A DNA stretch of 64,000 nt from Balanoglossus misakiensis (lineage: Eukaryota; Animalia; Hemichordata): assembly GCA_040954595.2 (NCBI GenBank), contig CM082589.2, positions 2,600,075 to 2,664,074 on the forward strand. The letters run 5' to 3'. The notes below the pieces were generated by a model. The model was given only the letters and a program-made list of their open reading frames with translations. It was not told the DNA's origin and searched no databases. The translations under genes and the position numbers were made by a program. The stretch's first letter is position 1. Each line of letters opens with the position of its first letter. Positions 44,403 through 59,162 of this stretch are shown here, piece after piece.

Positions 44403-47400
44403 ATGGCCCTCGTTTTACACCTCAAGAACGCCCAGTTCCTGAAGGGACGGTACGACAGGCAAGCCAAGATCACATTCAGGGGTGAGTATCATGCTTAATT
44501 TATACAATTGCCAAATTCCTCGACGGGACGATTGTTGCACTCACGGTCACTATATATGTCACAGTCCCACTGTACTTAACTCTTAAATGCTTAAGTCTTA
44601 ACGTGAACGTGTCAGACATAATCAGCATACTTCCAAAATATTCCCTATGTTCAAGGGAAAGTTGAATATTATGTTTATTCTCAGCGATGATTCCAAGACA
44701 AAGAATTAAACGCGACAGGTAGATTAACTTAAACTGATCGATATTTCTGGACACTAGGTGTCAACTTTCTGTGGCTGTGGCCAGGTATACACATATGTAC
44801 TATGTAGGTATGTAAACAACAACAGTTAAGCAGTCCTGTATCACTTTCGCGAATGTACTGATCGTCGAATTCATTTGTGGAATTTGTTAAAAGGACTCTA
44901 CAGTTTAGAATTACACTCAAAATTAATATGAAAATCATAATGATTACTCAGTTAGCTATGTTCATTCAACATGGCTTCGTGGCTTGTCTTCGGAAGCTTC
45001 ATGCGGGCTATTTTGACAATTGAATGGGAGCGTTTGTGTCGTAGTCGTACACAGAAATAATTTATGCGCCCCGCTGAAAAAGTGCGGGTACGTCCATTGT
45101 TTGCCTACTTGTCGTCACAGCAGACGACAACTGTTTGATGCATATTTATAATGACAAATTATGTTGGTGCTTAACAGCACGCGAGTTTACAATGAAATTT
45201 TGTAATTCACGCTTAAGTCATCACCAAACTAACCCAAGTTTGATGCATGTACATTTCAAGTTTAACGCGTTCATTATGTACATTTCAATAAGTTTAACGC
45301 GTTCATTATGTACATTTCAATAAGAAAAGTTTCCAATACGATTTAAACAGGCATTAAACGGAAATTGCGAACTAATGACGCCAATCTACTGATTTTCTTT
45401 CTACTTTCAAAATTCAGTAATTTTAACTGGCAACCATATAAAAACGGTGAGTTGATGATATTGTCATAAAATTTACAATGTAATCTCAACTTTTGATGAA
45501 CTGGAAAATGCTAAGAATAAAATGTTTGGTCTACATTTAAGGCACTGTGTTTGTAGGTACAGTAGGTATTTTTTCTGCTCACAATCCATCCATTTTGTTG
45601 CATAAAACTAAAGAAAGGAAGGCATTTCAGCCAGGATTTTGACGTGACACAAATTGGAAATTTAGAGAGTTTGAAGGGGGAGGGGATTCACCTAATGATG
45701 GCCATCAATGTTTGTGGTGATCCCAAGGGATAAAGATACCTTAAGAGGGCACTCGCTTATTAGACTGGAAAAAGTGATTTAGGGCAGTGTAGGGAATACA
45801 TGTACACTTATCTATATTTTCATGACTTTATCTAGTGTAATCAGAAATTCTAGTCAGTATCCAGAGAGCCACACTGTATTATTACTTGCAATAAAAATAG
45901 ATTTTAAAAATATACTTTTATAGGAGTCAACAGGAAAACATGCTTTGACATGTAAAATAAAATTGTTCATAGTAGATCCACCAAACTGTTGACTTATTCT
46001 AATTTCTGTGAAATGTACACTTTTTTCTGGGTATTTAGTAAATATATGGTGAAATGAAAATTTTATGAAATTACAAAGGAAGTTTTGAAAATCCTGGAAT
46101 ATATTTAGAAATGAAGAAAAAATAATTATACATATGATAGAAGCTGTCCTAAAATTGCAATGTCAGCTACGTCAACTGTTTACTGAATTTTCAATTGATG
46201 AGCAGACGTCATTCAGAAACAGGTGTTCTTTGAAGTTCTAAATCGAGCATGATGGGATGTTGTTTATGGATGCACTGATCATGGATCCACTGACAGTATG
46301 TACACCGGATGAATATAATTTTTGGGATAATATTATAATAACACCTTCACACCCCAGACCCCCCTTTATATTTTTGATTAAATAGAAAATTTTGCGCATA
46401 ATGTTCTAAAATTATCCCCAATGTATCAATGTATGCGATATATGCAAATTTTGCTTTATTACAATTATTGTGTTCACAGCTGCCAACAGTTGGCAAGGTT
46501 AATTATACAAAGCATGATGGAAATTAATAACATTGAAAAATGACGTTCTGATTAAAAATTGATGAAATTAGTGTTGCTTGCTACTGTAGAAAGGGGACAG
46601 CCTAAAAGTATTGTTTTGTATAGAAATGTAAATGGTATAGGTTAATGAAGGAGGTGGAAGGGCAATTTGCATGTCATTGTTGCTGTATCATTGGAGGCTA
46701 GTTGTGAAGATTGTCATTTTGTGGTGTTTGAGGGTCAATGTGATGGTTAAAAATAAATACACAAACTTTATTATTATTTAAAATAGGCATGGACTCATTT
46801 TATTTTATAATGACAGTTGATATTTTGAAATAGGTTTGGATATGTTTGCCTCTGGTGCAATTTATTGACAGTGTTCTCCCACTGAATTTATGACAATAGT
46901 GACTAATTTGCATAACAATATGCTAAATTGTTATGTTAATGGTTCTCAGTGGTTTTTAACTGAAACTAATGGTATAGGAAATTACCTTTTCATTGATCTG
47001 CTGAGGACAGTGCACTGAATTGCCCTTCCACTGAAATTATTCTGCTTAGAGAATAGATGTACAATGACAAAGGTAATTAGTGGTATATACCAGATAAGAT
47101 AACCAGTAAACAAATGGTAGTTGAATTTTTAAATTGTACAATTGTACGTGAAAAATGACAGAATTCTATGTAATGTATTAAAGGTATTATATTAAATGAA
47201 AAATGACATTTTACAGTATGGTCTCAAGCAAAATATTTTCCCTGTCATTCCCTTGAGTTTTTTTAGGTCACAGTGTTTACTATTCATATATTCGTTTCCA
47301 AAGTTTACCAGTCAGGTGGAACGGATAAGGTCGGTGCATATGACAACAAGCCCTTTTTTACTCAAGAACCCATTTCCAAGAAGAGTACATTCCAATATAA

Positions 47401-50400
47401 ATTGAAAAAAAATAAAAGTATTTTATACTTTAAATATTCTTTTTTCATAAAGAAAAATACAGAAATGAATTATAAAGAAATTAAAGTAGAATTGAGATAT
47501 GTAGACATAAAGAATTGCTTGGGAATTGCTTTTTTCTGTAATATATTTGTCTGTTCCTTGTAGAAATTCAGAAAGTAAACAAATTTATAGAATACTGATT
47601 ATCAGGTGAGAGGGATGAAAATGCCAAAGCAGGGAGGATGTAATTGTGTCCTAAGATTAAGAAAAAAATAACACCCTTTAAGGTCCTCATATTAATTAAT
47701 CAACAGAATTCTATGTTATGAAATAAGATATATGCACTTGTATTGTACATGGCCAATGATCTATTGCTGGAGATGATTTACAGATAGGTGCCAGCAGAAT
47801 AGCTTGCCTTTATGCATATTAGCACAGTCAGTACATGTAATGATGTATGTGACGATGCACAGGTATATATCTTTGTATGTGTATATAGACCACATGTTTT
47901 TGAGCTTTTGAACAAACAGAGTCAACTTGACAAATTCTAAATGATTGAACCTGTGGGTAGGAATTGGGCAATGGCTTTGTAGCATATCAACAAATAGTAA
48001 AAAAAAAGTAAAAAGTAAAAAAAAAACACCAGGAAAACGTTTTTAAAATACCAATAGAAAACTACTATTTGTTCCACTACAGTGCATTACACGTAGAATT
48101 GTGAGACTGTTGATATTTACAATCTCGCTATCAGATCCCACTGTGGATCACAGTTTCATATCCGGTATAAGTCACCCAGCAAATTGATGTGAATACCAAT
48201 AGTGATGACTCACGTCAGCTTGACAGCTGCGATGCAGCTACCCAGTTGCTAATTGACGCCACTGTACCACTATACATTCATCACAGTCATGTGACTTGTA
48301 GGCTCTTTGTGACTTTTATGGTATATGGACACAACTATTGAAAGCACCCTTTTATGTTTTGAAAATGAGGATTCTTTAATATCTTTTCTACAACATGGGT
48401 AATTAAACTCAATACCAGAAGAATACAATTTGCAGTATTATGAATTGAGTAGAGTGAAACTGCTGAGTTGGCATTTTTCATCATTGGGTTAATATGAAAT
48501 AAATTTTAATAGTTTTCAGACAAAACCATGCATAGTAGCAAACTTGATAAACACTAGAAAAATTATTTTCTTTGAGGAAAGTTATAATGTAAAGTGTTCT
48601 GGAAGAGTTTTCCATGTAAAAAATAAGAAATGTCTGATATTATATTTAAAACTGTGCAAAACAGACAAGATACTTGTTCAAATGGAAAGCTCTGCCTATC
48701 CCATTAAATAAATACTGTGATGGGACATACCGTATGGGCTGTCCTATTAAAAATGTGTGACCAAGTGCTGCTCTACATGTATTTTAGCCAAACAACATGC
48801 AAGTTATAGTACCAGCATTTATAATTTGTGGCTTGAAATAAAGTCGACGAAACAGTGTCAATATAGCCATACTTGGTAAACCCTTATCACTCTCATAATA
48901 ATTAATAAATGACCTTTAACATAAATTATGTATGGTGTCGAGATGAACTTAATGTGATTGGACAGTACATGTACCTGTAGCTTTTGATAAATTTTCTTCC
49001 AATATTTTTTCAGTGCTGTATTTCAGTATTCAGTATGTGCAATGTTTAAATATACAAATAAAATTCCATTTTGTATTGGAACTCTGTAGCTGCTCTCCCT
49101 GTAAATTATATTCAGTTCAGACAAATGCGGTTTTACCTTTAGTACATGTATCACCAAACATAGGAAGAAACTCATTTTGAAGACTTGCCGAGCTTAGAGA
49201 GTCCTCCTTTCTTTATCATGCAAATAACAAAGGTTATGTAAACACACAGGAAAGAATGCAAAGTTCTTAAGAGCCTTTCACTTTCAAGGTTTATTTGAGA
49301 TACAATTTTTAAGAGGCAGAGTGGAAAAAAATACTAAATTTGCATCACATTTTGTGATTTTGATCAATATAGTGTACACCTGTATATTTTGATAAGCATA
49401 GTATTTAATTTTACATTAATAACTAAGCTTTAACGCATAAACTGAATCTCTGTGTATGCAGCATGTATTTAAACATCTTAACAATGCCTTGTATTGATTA
49501 GTTCCAGAATTTCCGTTCTGTCTAAGCATTTAGTTTCCTGGTGTGTCCATGTATTGATTATTACAATTCATGAATGTGTACTTGTTACCTAATAATGTTT
49601 CAGACCAAATCCACAAGTTTTGATGCAATTTAATAGCAAAATGAAATCCTATTAGAAAGCACAAAATAAAAAGTTTTGTGTCAATTGTAATATTAATGTG
49701 GGGATTTTTTTGTACTCACTATAGCAGATTAGGGTGAATGTCAACCCATGTTAATCTGCAGTTTTGAAATAAAAATATAACACCTGTTTGTGTCCTGTGC
49801 ATTTCTAAAGCATTTGACGAATGTTATTCACATGTTTTGCAGCGGTAAAGGTGGAACACAGTATAAACATACTAAGAAGATTTCACCCAATAAATTTTAC
49901 ACACCTGAACATGTTACACTGCACACATGTAATAATCTTACCAAACTCTCCAAAGGGGATTGACACAGATTTGATAAGATTGGGTTTACGTGAAAAACGC
50001 TATCACACAGGTGCAATTTTGTAAGTTAGTTCAGTGAGTGAAATGTAATTAGTGGAATGTTCTCGAACAATTTATTGCCAATCTCATGGGATGAGATTTA
50101 ATTACTAGAAGTGTGTCACAGTGGACAGGCCACAAGCAGGGTGGATGTACATATAGATTTACATACTTCACATTCTGGATTCACAGTAGAGTTGCAGGAT
50201 GTTCACATTACATTACATGTATATGTGCAGAGTAACACTATGGGGGAAAGATATAGTGTATTTTCATTGTGATATAGGCATTATCTTTGAATTTCATCTT
50301 AATGATATGGTGCAATTTGAAATTATCAGTGGGTGGGAAGTGTGTGTAGGTGTAGTGTTGTGTTTTGACTTAAGACATTTCTAAGGTGATATAATACCTG

Positions 50401-53400
50401 TCTTGCCGCAAAGAAAAGAAAAGACCCTTTAGGAAAAGTCATGTGCACATAATGTGCCAATTATTATTTTAGCAATTGATAAACCCATTGCAGCTATAAA
50501 TTAAAAGTAATCATAATTTTACCTCTATTGATTCATTCACATGTCACGTCAAAACTGATAATATTTAATCAATAAGATATGTCATTTAAATTTTTAATAA
50601 TGTCTACGTTGACATTTATTTTTCGATATTATAAGTGGGAAATGTAGAACTTATTATTTAGCCGGCAGTAATTGGTCAATTACTGTAATTTTTTGTGAAG
50701 TTTATAATGAAATTAATCTCAAAACAAGTTTGTTCTTTGCTAGAGAATAAAATTGTGTATGGCAGTTATATTAAAAAACTGTCATGTCAAAAATTTCCAA
50801 TGGAAAACTTACAATTTGTTTCTGTCAGCATTTGATAATGGCACATTTCATGAGAAGTTCATGTTTTGTGTCTTTTTGATTCATACAGTGTTTAATTTTA
50901 TCTAGACAGTGTCGCTGTTTTCATAATGACTATAATGACAAGCCATAAAATGTGTAAATAATTTAGTGTACTGTAATGAATGTTTCCATGCCAACAGGTT
51001 GATGAGTAACACATCACTGTCATGTGGGAGTCATTCAAACGATGGCAAAAGTGAGGGTTTTTAATTAAATATTTAAATGTCACAGTGTGGTATATAATGG
51101 GACATGTACATGATTAAAATTGTTCATAGCTGTAGGCTGCTCTAAAGTTTTGTTTGCCATCAGGTCAAAAATCTCTCTTAATGTAGCTGCCCAGCCCTAA
51201 TTTTGTGCTAATGAAAGGCCGGTACAGTATGTACAAATTATCATATTGCCCAGATTTTGAGCAAAATGGCTGCCATAATGCCAACAATTCAAGAAATACT
51301 GCCAATGAAATGGAAATTTGCAAGAGATTTGCAGGAATACTCCACATGTCTTGTTTGACATAATTCACTAATTTTCATAAATTTACATTTTGAATAATCC
51401 CATACAAAGTAATTTTTATTGTGGATTGATTAGTTGCTTATAAATAGAAGTTATGCACTTCAAACCATGTTATGTCTCTGTGGTAACTTTAAGCCACAAC
51501 ACAGGTTTTTCCTCAGTGTAAATGTTGATCTGATCTGTAGTCAACTTTTCAGTGTATCTATGATAATCTCAATCAAGTCAAGTGGCTGTGCAGATACAAA
51601 TTTATCTATTTTCACTCCATATGCATTCTGAATTGGAAAACAGGAGAAGTTCAAGATCTCGCTGCCCTCTCAAGATGAAGTCATACTTTATTCTGAAAGC
51701 TTTATGTGCATAGAATATAAATAACACATAGGAGAGTGGGGTAAATGTTCACCGACGTTATGAACATTCAGCCATCGTCCATGTGGTCTTTGTGGTTTGT
51801 TATGTCAGTATATAGTCAGAATTGTTACAAATAATTTAATTCAAGTCCAGACTTGAATTCAATTTGTCAACAGTAGCAACTAATATGTGTTACATATACA
51901 CGGCTATTTCGTCGTCGATGATGGCAATTGAATATGCAGTATTCCGGCATAGTATAGGTTGTAGATCAAACAACTTTAGTTTATGTTATAACTTTTTTTG
52001 TGTGTGTGAAAGGCCTGTCATTGAAGTACACTGTAAAACATGCCTTTTTAGCTTAATTTACTGGAAGAGTTACTTTATGAATTCAGTATCCGCTATTTCA
52101 CAAATTCTCAACATATACTGTGGTATTCTTTCAGCTGAAATAAGAATAATCCTTAGTGTTTAAAAATTAAATTTTGCTAAAAGTATTCAGAGTGTTTTAT
52201 GGTAGCTTAACTATTACACAAAGATCAATAATTTTTATGTGTTCACATTAAAGTTATATACCAAAGCCTTTAAAATTTCTAGCTGATATGTGTATATGTA
52301 TTCCTAATTGTGTTTTAACACTGTGTGATCGTTATAGATTATATAATGTGATTACTCTACACAATAGAAGGGAGGACCCATTATACTGATCATGAAGTCT
52401 TTAACAATAGTGATTCTGTGTAACATGCAATTACATGCAATTAACGTAATAATTATTAGTTTTAAACAATTCTATTGGCATGAGCTGAGCTTGACAAAAT
52501 TACCACATGAATTCTCACTATCAGACAGTGAATTAGTATGCTGGACATGTATGGCATAAGTGGAGTGTCACGCTGAACTGGTTGAAATAATATTTCAGCT
52601 TTTTGCCTTGGAGGCCTAGTTGATACCGTATTCCCAGTTGACGACTCTTGTGTGCCTTCATGCATTACTGAAATGTCTTTCTGTGTCAATGTGTCATCGA
52701 CTCTTCATTTTGCAACTTTCACTCGCGGCTAGTAGGATATAAAGATACACTTGCTCCTGGAGAATTACCAGCCAGGTCCATCTTTTTTGAATACTATAAA
52801 AAAATAATCATCTCATGTCACATTATGTCAATATGTCAGTCTTCAATGATAGTGAAGACTGCGACAGGTGTTTCTCAATTTAAACACCTCTTTCAAAAAC
52901 TATTTTCCCTCCGAGCCAAATAGGTTTTATTTTCTCTTGTGTAATTTACTTGATAAGTGTTTTTTGAGTGACTTTAATTCATTTTAAGTGCTAGCCATTA
53001 TTGCTTTTAATCATTTGGATGTTAATCTTGCATTTTTCTGCTGATGCCACATTCTGGGTTATACGCGCAAAATTTTATCATGCACTGTTCTCATCTGGTA
53101 CAGTATAAGCTAATTTTATTTTCACCATAAAACATATCTGTCAGCTTCAGCCTCACCCACCTTGAAAAAGTGTCTATTTGGTGTTTATCTCCCAGCTGTC
53201 ACAACACAGTAATATGGTAGCTGCAGATTGATATGCTTTTAACTAGATCTTTTTGGTCATAAATTTATGGCATGTGTTCCCAAATGGCCGTGCCATATTA
53301 CAGGTTATTAACAATAGGCTCAATGTGCCAGGATACACAGCTAAAATCATACGGTTATCAGAGCCGCATAGAGTCTGGTACTAAACTATAAATTAATAGA

Positions 53401-56400
53401 GCTTGAATTTATTGTATGTATCATGACGTTGATTGAATTCCCATTACTTTTGGGTTGCCATGGCTACTCAGTTTCAGGTTGTTATGGTAACATGGTAAAG
53501 ACAGTACTGATCTCTGACAAAACGGGCCTCGAATAATAGTAAGCTATCTGGGCCCACTCAAAAATAGTTAGATTTCCTTCTCCATGTATCAAAACTTCTA
53601 CACACACCTTAGATCAGGAACTTTCGTCATAATGGATAGTGTTCAAATTTAAATGTGACTGAATGATGTTTGCAGAGGTTGTAACGTCTGCATAGCCCAA
53701 CATTTCCTTTGCAACTCAGTGCAATGACAGCCACCATACAGAATGTTAATGAGCCCTGTGCTGTGCATGTTTTTAATTTTCCAGGAAATTTAGTCTGGGG
53801 ACACAATTACCTGATAAATATTTCATTAACGGTCATGCTACAGACGTGCAATATATTTCCATGTAAAGTAACTTTGTAATAAATGGCTTTTGATATCGCA
53901 CATTCGGGTCTTCTCTGTTGTGGGGTGAATTGTTTCCTGAATGGAATATTGCTTCATCAAAAGGAACAATAAATCTCGCGCTAATGGACAATGTCAAAGA
54001 TGTCGGTTTAGTAAGGAAATATTATGTTTTTATTGGCGTGGGATTAATTTTGCGGAAGGATGCTGGTCTGCTCATATGACGTAAGAAGAAAGTTGGCACC
54101 ATCCATATCCCAAAAGATAATGTTAAGTAAAATATTGGAATCATGTTTGAAGTTGCTTTCTTTGGAATTAGGTTCCAACTCAATATAATGCAAACACAGT
54201 CGAAGATAAAACAACACTAAAAGTAGCAAAACATCCACAACGTACAGATGATTCAAGATTAGACGTGTCCATTCACTATTTATATTTACATGCGTAATGC
54301 ACCTACCGGTACATGTATGCTAGATGCAAAATGATAAAATGGATAAATACAATGGTAAAAGTCATTAGGATTGAGTTTGCTGAAGCCTCTTAATGACATG
54401 TACCGGTATTTCCGACTTGAAGTCCTAATCATGGGCAATTAATGTGTTGCAGATATTTTCTTTACTGAAATTTTGAAAGGCATGCAAAAAATTGAGTGTA
54501 AAATAGCTGTGGATACAGTTTACAATTTGTTTAGTCATCTCAGAATCCGCATGGTAAGTTGATCAGGAAACTGCCCTTTCATGCCACACAATGTGAGTTG
54601 AATGAAGCAATTGTGGCGAATGTGATTTCCTGAGGAAACTGAAGTCACATGTACTGATCAATGCATTTTCACTGGTGTAATGCAGGTGATACATCATTGA
54701 TGAATATACACAGTAGCTGTAGTTGTAATTGTACTGATGCACACCTTGAATGTCAAAGGCAATTTGGCATACACGTACTCTGATAATACTCGGCTGATGC
54801 TTAGACTAACAATGCTGCAGAAGTAGAACAGGCCAGCCGAGGTTACATGTACCTGACACATTTTTGGTATTATAGTTTAACATGGACATTTGTCTGACAA
54901 TCTACATGTAGCTTGCATAAGGTAATCATGGACATACATAGTGCAGCGTACATCCAAGTATTTCAAGCCATGCACAAACTGAATGAGCATGGTTTATTGC
55001 CAGGATTTGCATCACTGTGAATGAATTTTTCATTTTATAAAATTCGATAACAGTATGCCATTCAGTGGATATGATACTGGTGTTGTGAGGATGCACCTGT
55101 CACATTCTGCTGTCCTAATACTGTGTATCATTAATTTTTTATTCGACGGTTAGTGTGCTAGTACTCTCAGAGATAATAATCGTGCGGTCAGTGTCTTTGA
55201 GTATCTTTGGAATACAAATGACTGTGCCATATGATTCCTGTTTGTAAGTGCCGGACTCTGATGTTCTACTCTGTTGATGATGAATTTTTTATAGACTGAA
55301 ATGATATGCATGAAGTATGGTACGTGTTCACTAAAAATAGACTTGAAAATGCAATATGGGATCTGATAAAAATAGCATATATTTTAAACATGGCATGCAA
55401 ATGTGCTTGGAAACGATAAGGTGACATGTACATACATGTCAGCATTTGCGTGAATAAGTCTATACCAAAGACTGCCATTTTAAGTTTGGTGATTTCTGTA
55501 AGTGACTGTTGAAATCAATGATAAACAATAACAATTCAGTCATGTAGTATCCTTTGCAGGTGTGTGGGGACAGGTGTAGGTTGTTTATCAGCTAAAATTG
55601 ACTCAGACCGCATGGAAATTTATTCTGCTTCTAATCTAGCATACATGTATATTCCTAATTTTGCTGGGAATAAAATGTGCACGCAATGCATGAAAGAAGA
55701 CATATTACCTAAATATAGATACACAGGTTGAAGTCTACACAGTTTTGTAATTAAAACACTCATGATAACATAAGACCAGCATCTTGTGCCATAAAAGTTA
55801 GCTGTGTCTTCCAGGTAATATCGCCTAGTCACTATTTCATCTAAACCGTCAAATAAGCATGATAGTACTTTCGGTTGATGCATTTGCATTTGCAAGTACA
55901 CCTGATCTTCATGTTATTAATTAATGTTTTAAGAGGCCTTTTATTGTAAGAGCTCTGTGATTTATCAGTCCAGTAAATGTTCCAGGTAATGCTTTTTGTG
56001 TGTGTTTAATTAGTTTATTTTGAGAGATATTCATCCTAGCCATTAGTTTCTTTCATATTTTATGGAGTAATAATGTAGATGAAACTGAAACAGGCCAATA
56101 AAACGTAATTTCGGGATAAATAAATGTAATCTTTAATGTCTTTCCAGATTCTGTGCTCTCGGTTTGTTAATTAACTTAAAAGAAAGTTAAGCAATTCTTG
56201 CTGATGATTTCATAACTTGTTTTGGTATGCACACCATACCTCATTAAGCAACTGGACTAACTGTCAGATGTTGGCATACTTTTGCTGTGTACATGTATAT
56301 TAAAATGCCAGTCAGATATGGCAATAATTAAGATCTTGATACTGTGTAATTTATATCTGAGGTATAGGAGAGATTGGGGTGATAAGAGTGCTATTAGTAC

Positions 56401-59162
56401 AAGGACTTTATCAGAGAGTCCTGTCGTTGCAGATTGATCAAATGTGAACATTATCAATCAAGTGCATAGATGCGACCAATCTTCATTGATCACAGGACAT
56501 CCCTTGGATACAAATCAGTGGAGGATGACACAATGAGTTCAAACATATAGCTTGTACACATGTACACATGGCATCAACTCAACTCACAGTTTGACTGGAG
56601 ACTTTCAGCCACTATGAATAAACTGCATATCTTTCTGTCAACTGTTGTAGAGCCTTATACATGCTAAATCTAGTTTTATACCTTGGCTGTGAATATGTCA
56701 AGGAACATAGTTGAATATTTATAACAGTCATGTATGTCTGCACATATGCTGCAATTAATGAGTATAATTAATGAAGAGATGAAAATACAAAGAGAATTTA
56801 AGACTATTTACCATTTCATATCTTTCCAAGTCCCTTGATATATGAACACAAGAAATGAAATGAAAGTTTTGTAAATTTAATTCCATCCTGTTTTTATCAT
56901 TTCAGGTGTGAGCCAGTTAACACAGATTGTAGAACATTGTGAAGATGAGGCAATCTGGGATGAGGTAGGATGTCATTACATTCTTTGAATTCATTTTTCC
57001 TCATATTCTAAGAATAAAATAATTGGGATGAAAATTAATCTGTCATGGTAGTTTCACATTACAGAAGTTAATTTCACTGGGATATAATAATCCCTGAAAT
57101 GAGATACTCTGAATTTTTACCAGTTAAAATTATGTCTTCTATGTCACCTTTCTTGAACTTTTATTATCCTTATTCTGCTTGTAATTAACTTTGTGACCTT
57201 TATAATTTCTAAACAAAACCACACAGGCAGGGCTTGGTGTAATGCATATTTCTATGTGAAATATATATTTAGCTTTACATAAAGGGTGTTTCCATGTTTC
57301 TGGCTGTTGAGGCCATGATTACAAAACCACCTGTTAATCATTCCCTCATTTCAATTTCTTTTTCAGAAATTTGAGTGGCCTGTTGCCAGTAGTATTGAGA
57401 AACATGAAATTATTGAAATAGTCCTTTTAAACCATAGTAAATTCAGAAGCAACAAGTAAGGTTCTTCGTTTTTTTATTCGTATTGATAAATTTTATGTGG
57501 TATATTTGCACTGGAGTTTGTAGTATGATGTATTGAATTATATATATTCACTTTTGTATGTGTCTGTACATTTTTAAACTAAAACTGTTTGTGAATAAGT
57601 TGAGTGTAAATTGACATGACCTAAAACAGCTACCAGATGTTAAGTTTTCAATGCAGCCGTGTGCCAGGCTGTGTCAATTGTTGTTTACATATTCATACTT
57701 GTTTAAGGCTATTTATATTAGAATTTGTTGTGTGTTTATTGGGCAGCATTAATATTTATCCGCATAACATGGCGTGCTACTTATGTGGTAGTGGTATTAG
57801 CCATTACAATGTAATTTCAGAAAGCAGAGTTGTATATCAGTCTTTGATGGCAGCATGAAAGGAATTTTTAATATGTTATAGCATTGTTTTGATGATGGAT
57901 TATGCCCTTTACAGAATGCATATTTGCAGACTGCCCTTTGTATTTTTCCCTGCTTTCACTCAATCATATTTGCAATGGTCACATTGAAAATATGCATTTG
58001 TAATTGAAATTTTATTCTCAATCTAGAATGTATTTTTAAGTGATATTTCATGTTCTCAATCCAGTTGTTAATTCCTTCTTTGTGGGTTTCCATAAAAAAA
58101 TCCTTATTTAAATAACTACTGTCTGGTGTTCCCTGTGATTCTATTAGTGTGATATTGCTTTAAAATTCTGGTCACATAGGTATTCCATGTTGTGGTTAAG
58201 CTTCCAAATGGGATGTGAAAATAATAAACACTATTTTATTCACTTTCCAGGGTGGTGGGTAAATTTCAGATGGTAGTACAGCAGCTGGTAGAAGATGGAC
58301 AGCTTAATCTTACTGAACCTTTACTGGATGCAAACAACACAGCAATATCAGTAAGTTATCAAGTTTATGGCCAAGTTTTGTTTATGTCTTATTTATGCCA
58401 ATAATGTGCAAGGATCTAACAGTATGTATTTAATTTTTGCCATCAGACCACAATTACATTTAATTTACAATACCAAGCTCCTGATGGTACAGTGGGAGAT
58501 TGGATGAAAGAAGATTTTGACTACATGCCACTGCCAGAGGACCAGGTGGATAATTATAATCCTTATGATGAAAATATTTATGATGTTGGTAGTCTTACCA
58601 GCAGCAGTTCCAAGAGGGGCTCGAGGTCGAGCCTGAACACAGTTGGAACTACAAGAAGGTGAGATTTCTATTATAAATGTGCAAATTGCTAATGCACTGC
58701 ATAGACAGGCTTCATGCTGTTCTGTCCTGTCCATGTGAAAGGCTTGAAAAAGTTTTCTCAAATTGTCCTAAACAGTTCATTTGTTAAAATCATTTAGAAT
58801 TAAACCAGCCAGTTCCTCCAGATGTTAATAAGTAGGATACAATTCACCATGTTTTGAAACTAATGTAGTTGCCAGTCAGGCAACAGAGGTGGTGGTACAA
58901 AATGGGTTTAAGGTTTGCTGGTGCTCTACTGCTTGGCCGTTGTTTGCTGTCACTGACAAACTAAGCTAACAAGGCTTCGAGTGGTTGATATTTGATGGAC
59001 AGGATGAGTGGTGTGTCCATGTTGTGTCTACATGTACATGCATATTTTGTATGACAATGTCTTATACTGAGGAGATGATCAATGATGCTGTATCCTTGCC
59101 AGTTATACCAGTAGCAGTACCAAGAAAAGTGCGGCTCGCTATTCCCTTGCAACAACAAAGAG
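44403..59162 (+). CDS. OTOF: Otoferlin copy C (large-intron, most vertebrate-like), 5' exons encoding C2A; gene continues beyond the window
   Basis: Exons 44403-44481 (MALVLHLKNAQFLKGRYDRQAKITFRG), 56906-56964 (VSQLTQIVEHCEDEAIWDE), 57367-57455 (KFEWPVASSIEKHEIIEIVLLNHSKFRSNK), 58251-58350 (VVGKFQMVVQQLVEDGQLNLTEPLLDANNTAIS), 58447-58658 (TTITFNLQYQAPDGTVGDW..) and a probable 60-nt exon 59103-59162. All GT-AG. Sizes 79/59/89 equal copies A and B. WPVASSI and YQAPDGTVG resemble vertebrate OTOF. None of these exons appears in frame in the ORF track. Confidence 0.88.
45258..45324. repeat. Short tandem duplication (~32 bp x 2) in otoferlin C intron 1
   Basis: AAGTTTAACGCGTTCATTATGTACATTTCAAT repeated head to tail. 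Confidence 0.8.
53454..53491. promoter_or_regulatory. Pair of RFX X-box-like motifs in otoferlin C intron 1
   Basis: GTTGCCATGGCTAC (53454-53467) and GTTGTTATGGTAAC (53478-53491). Both are 14-bp near-palindromes matching GTTGCCATGGYAAC, 10 bp apart. Confidence 0.5.

Noticed and set aside
44482-56905. Nested protein-coding gene or known miRNA in the 12.4-kb intron
   Set aside because: Only short ORFs without recognisable motifs, and no match to miRNA sequences I can recall. Cannot be excluded without searches.
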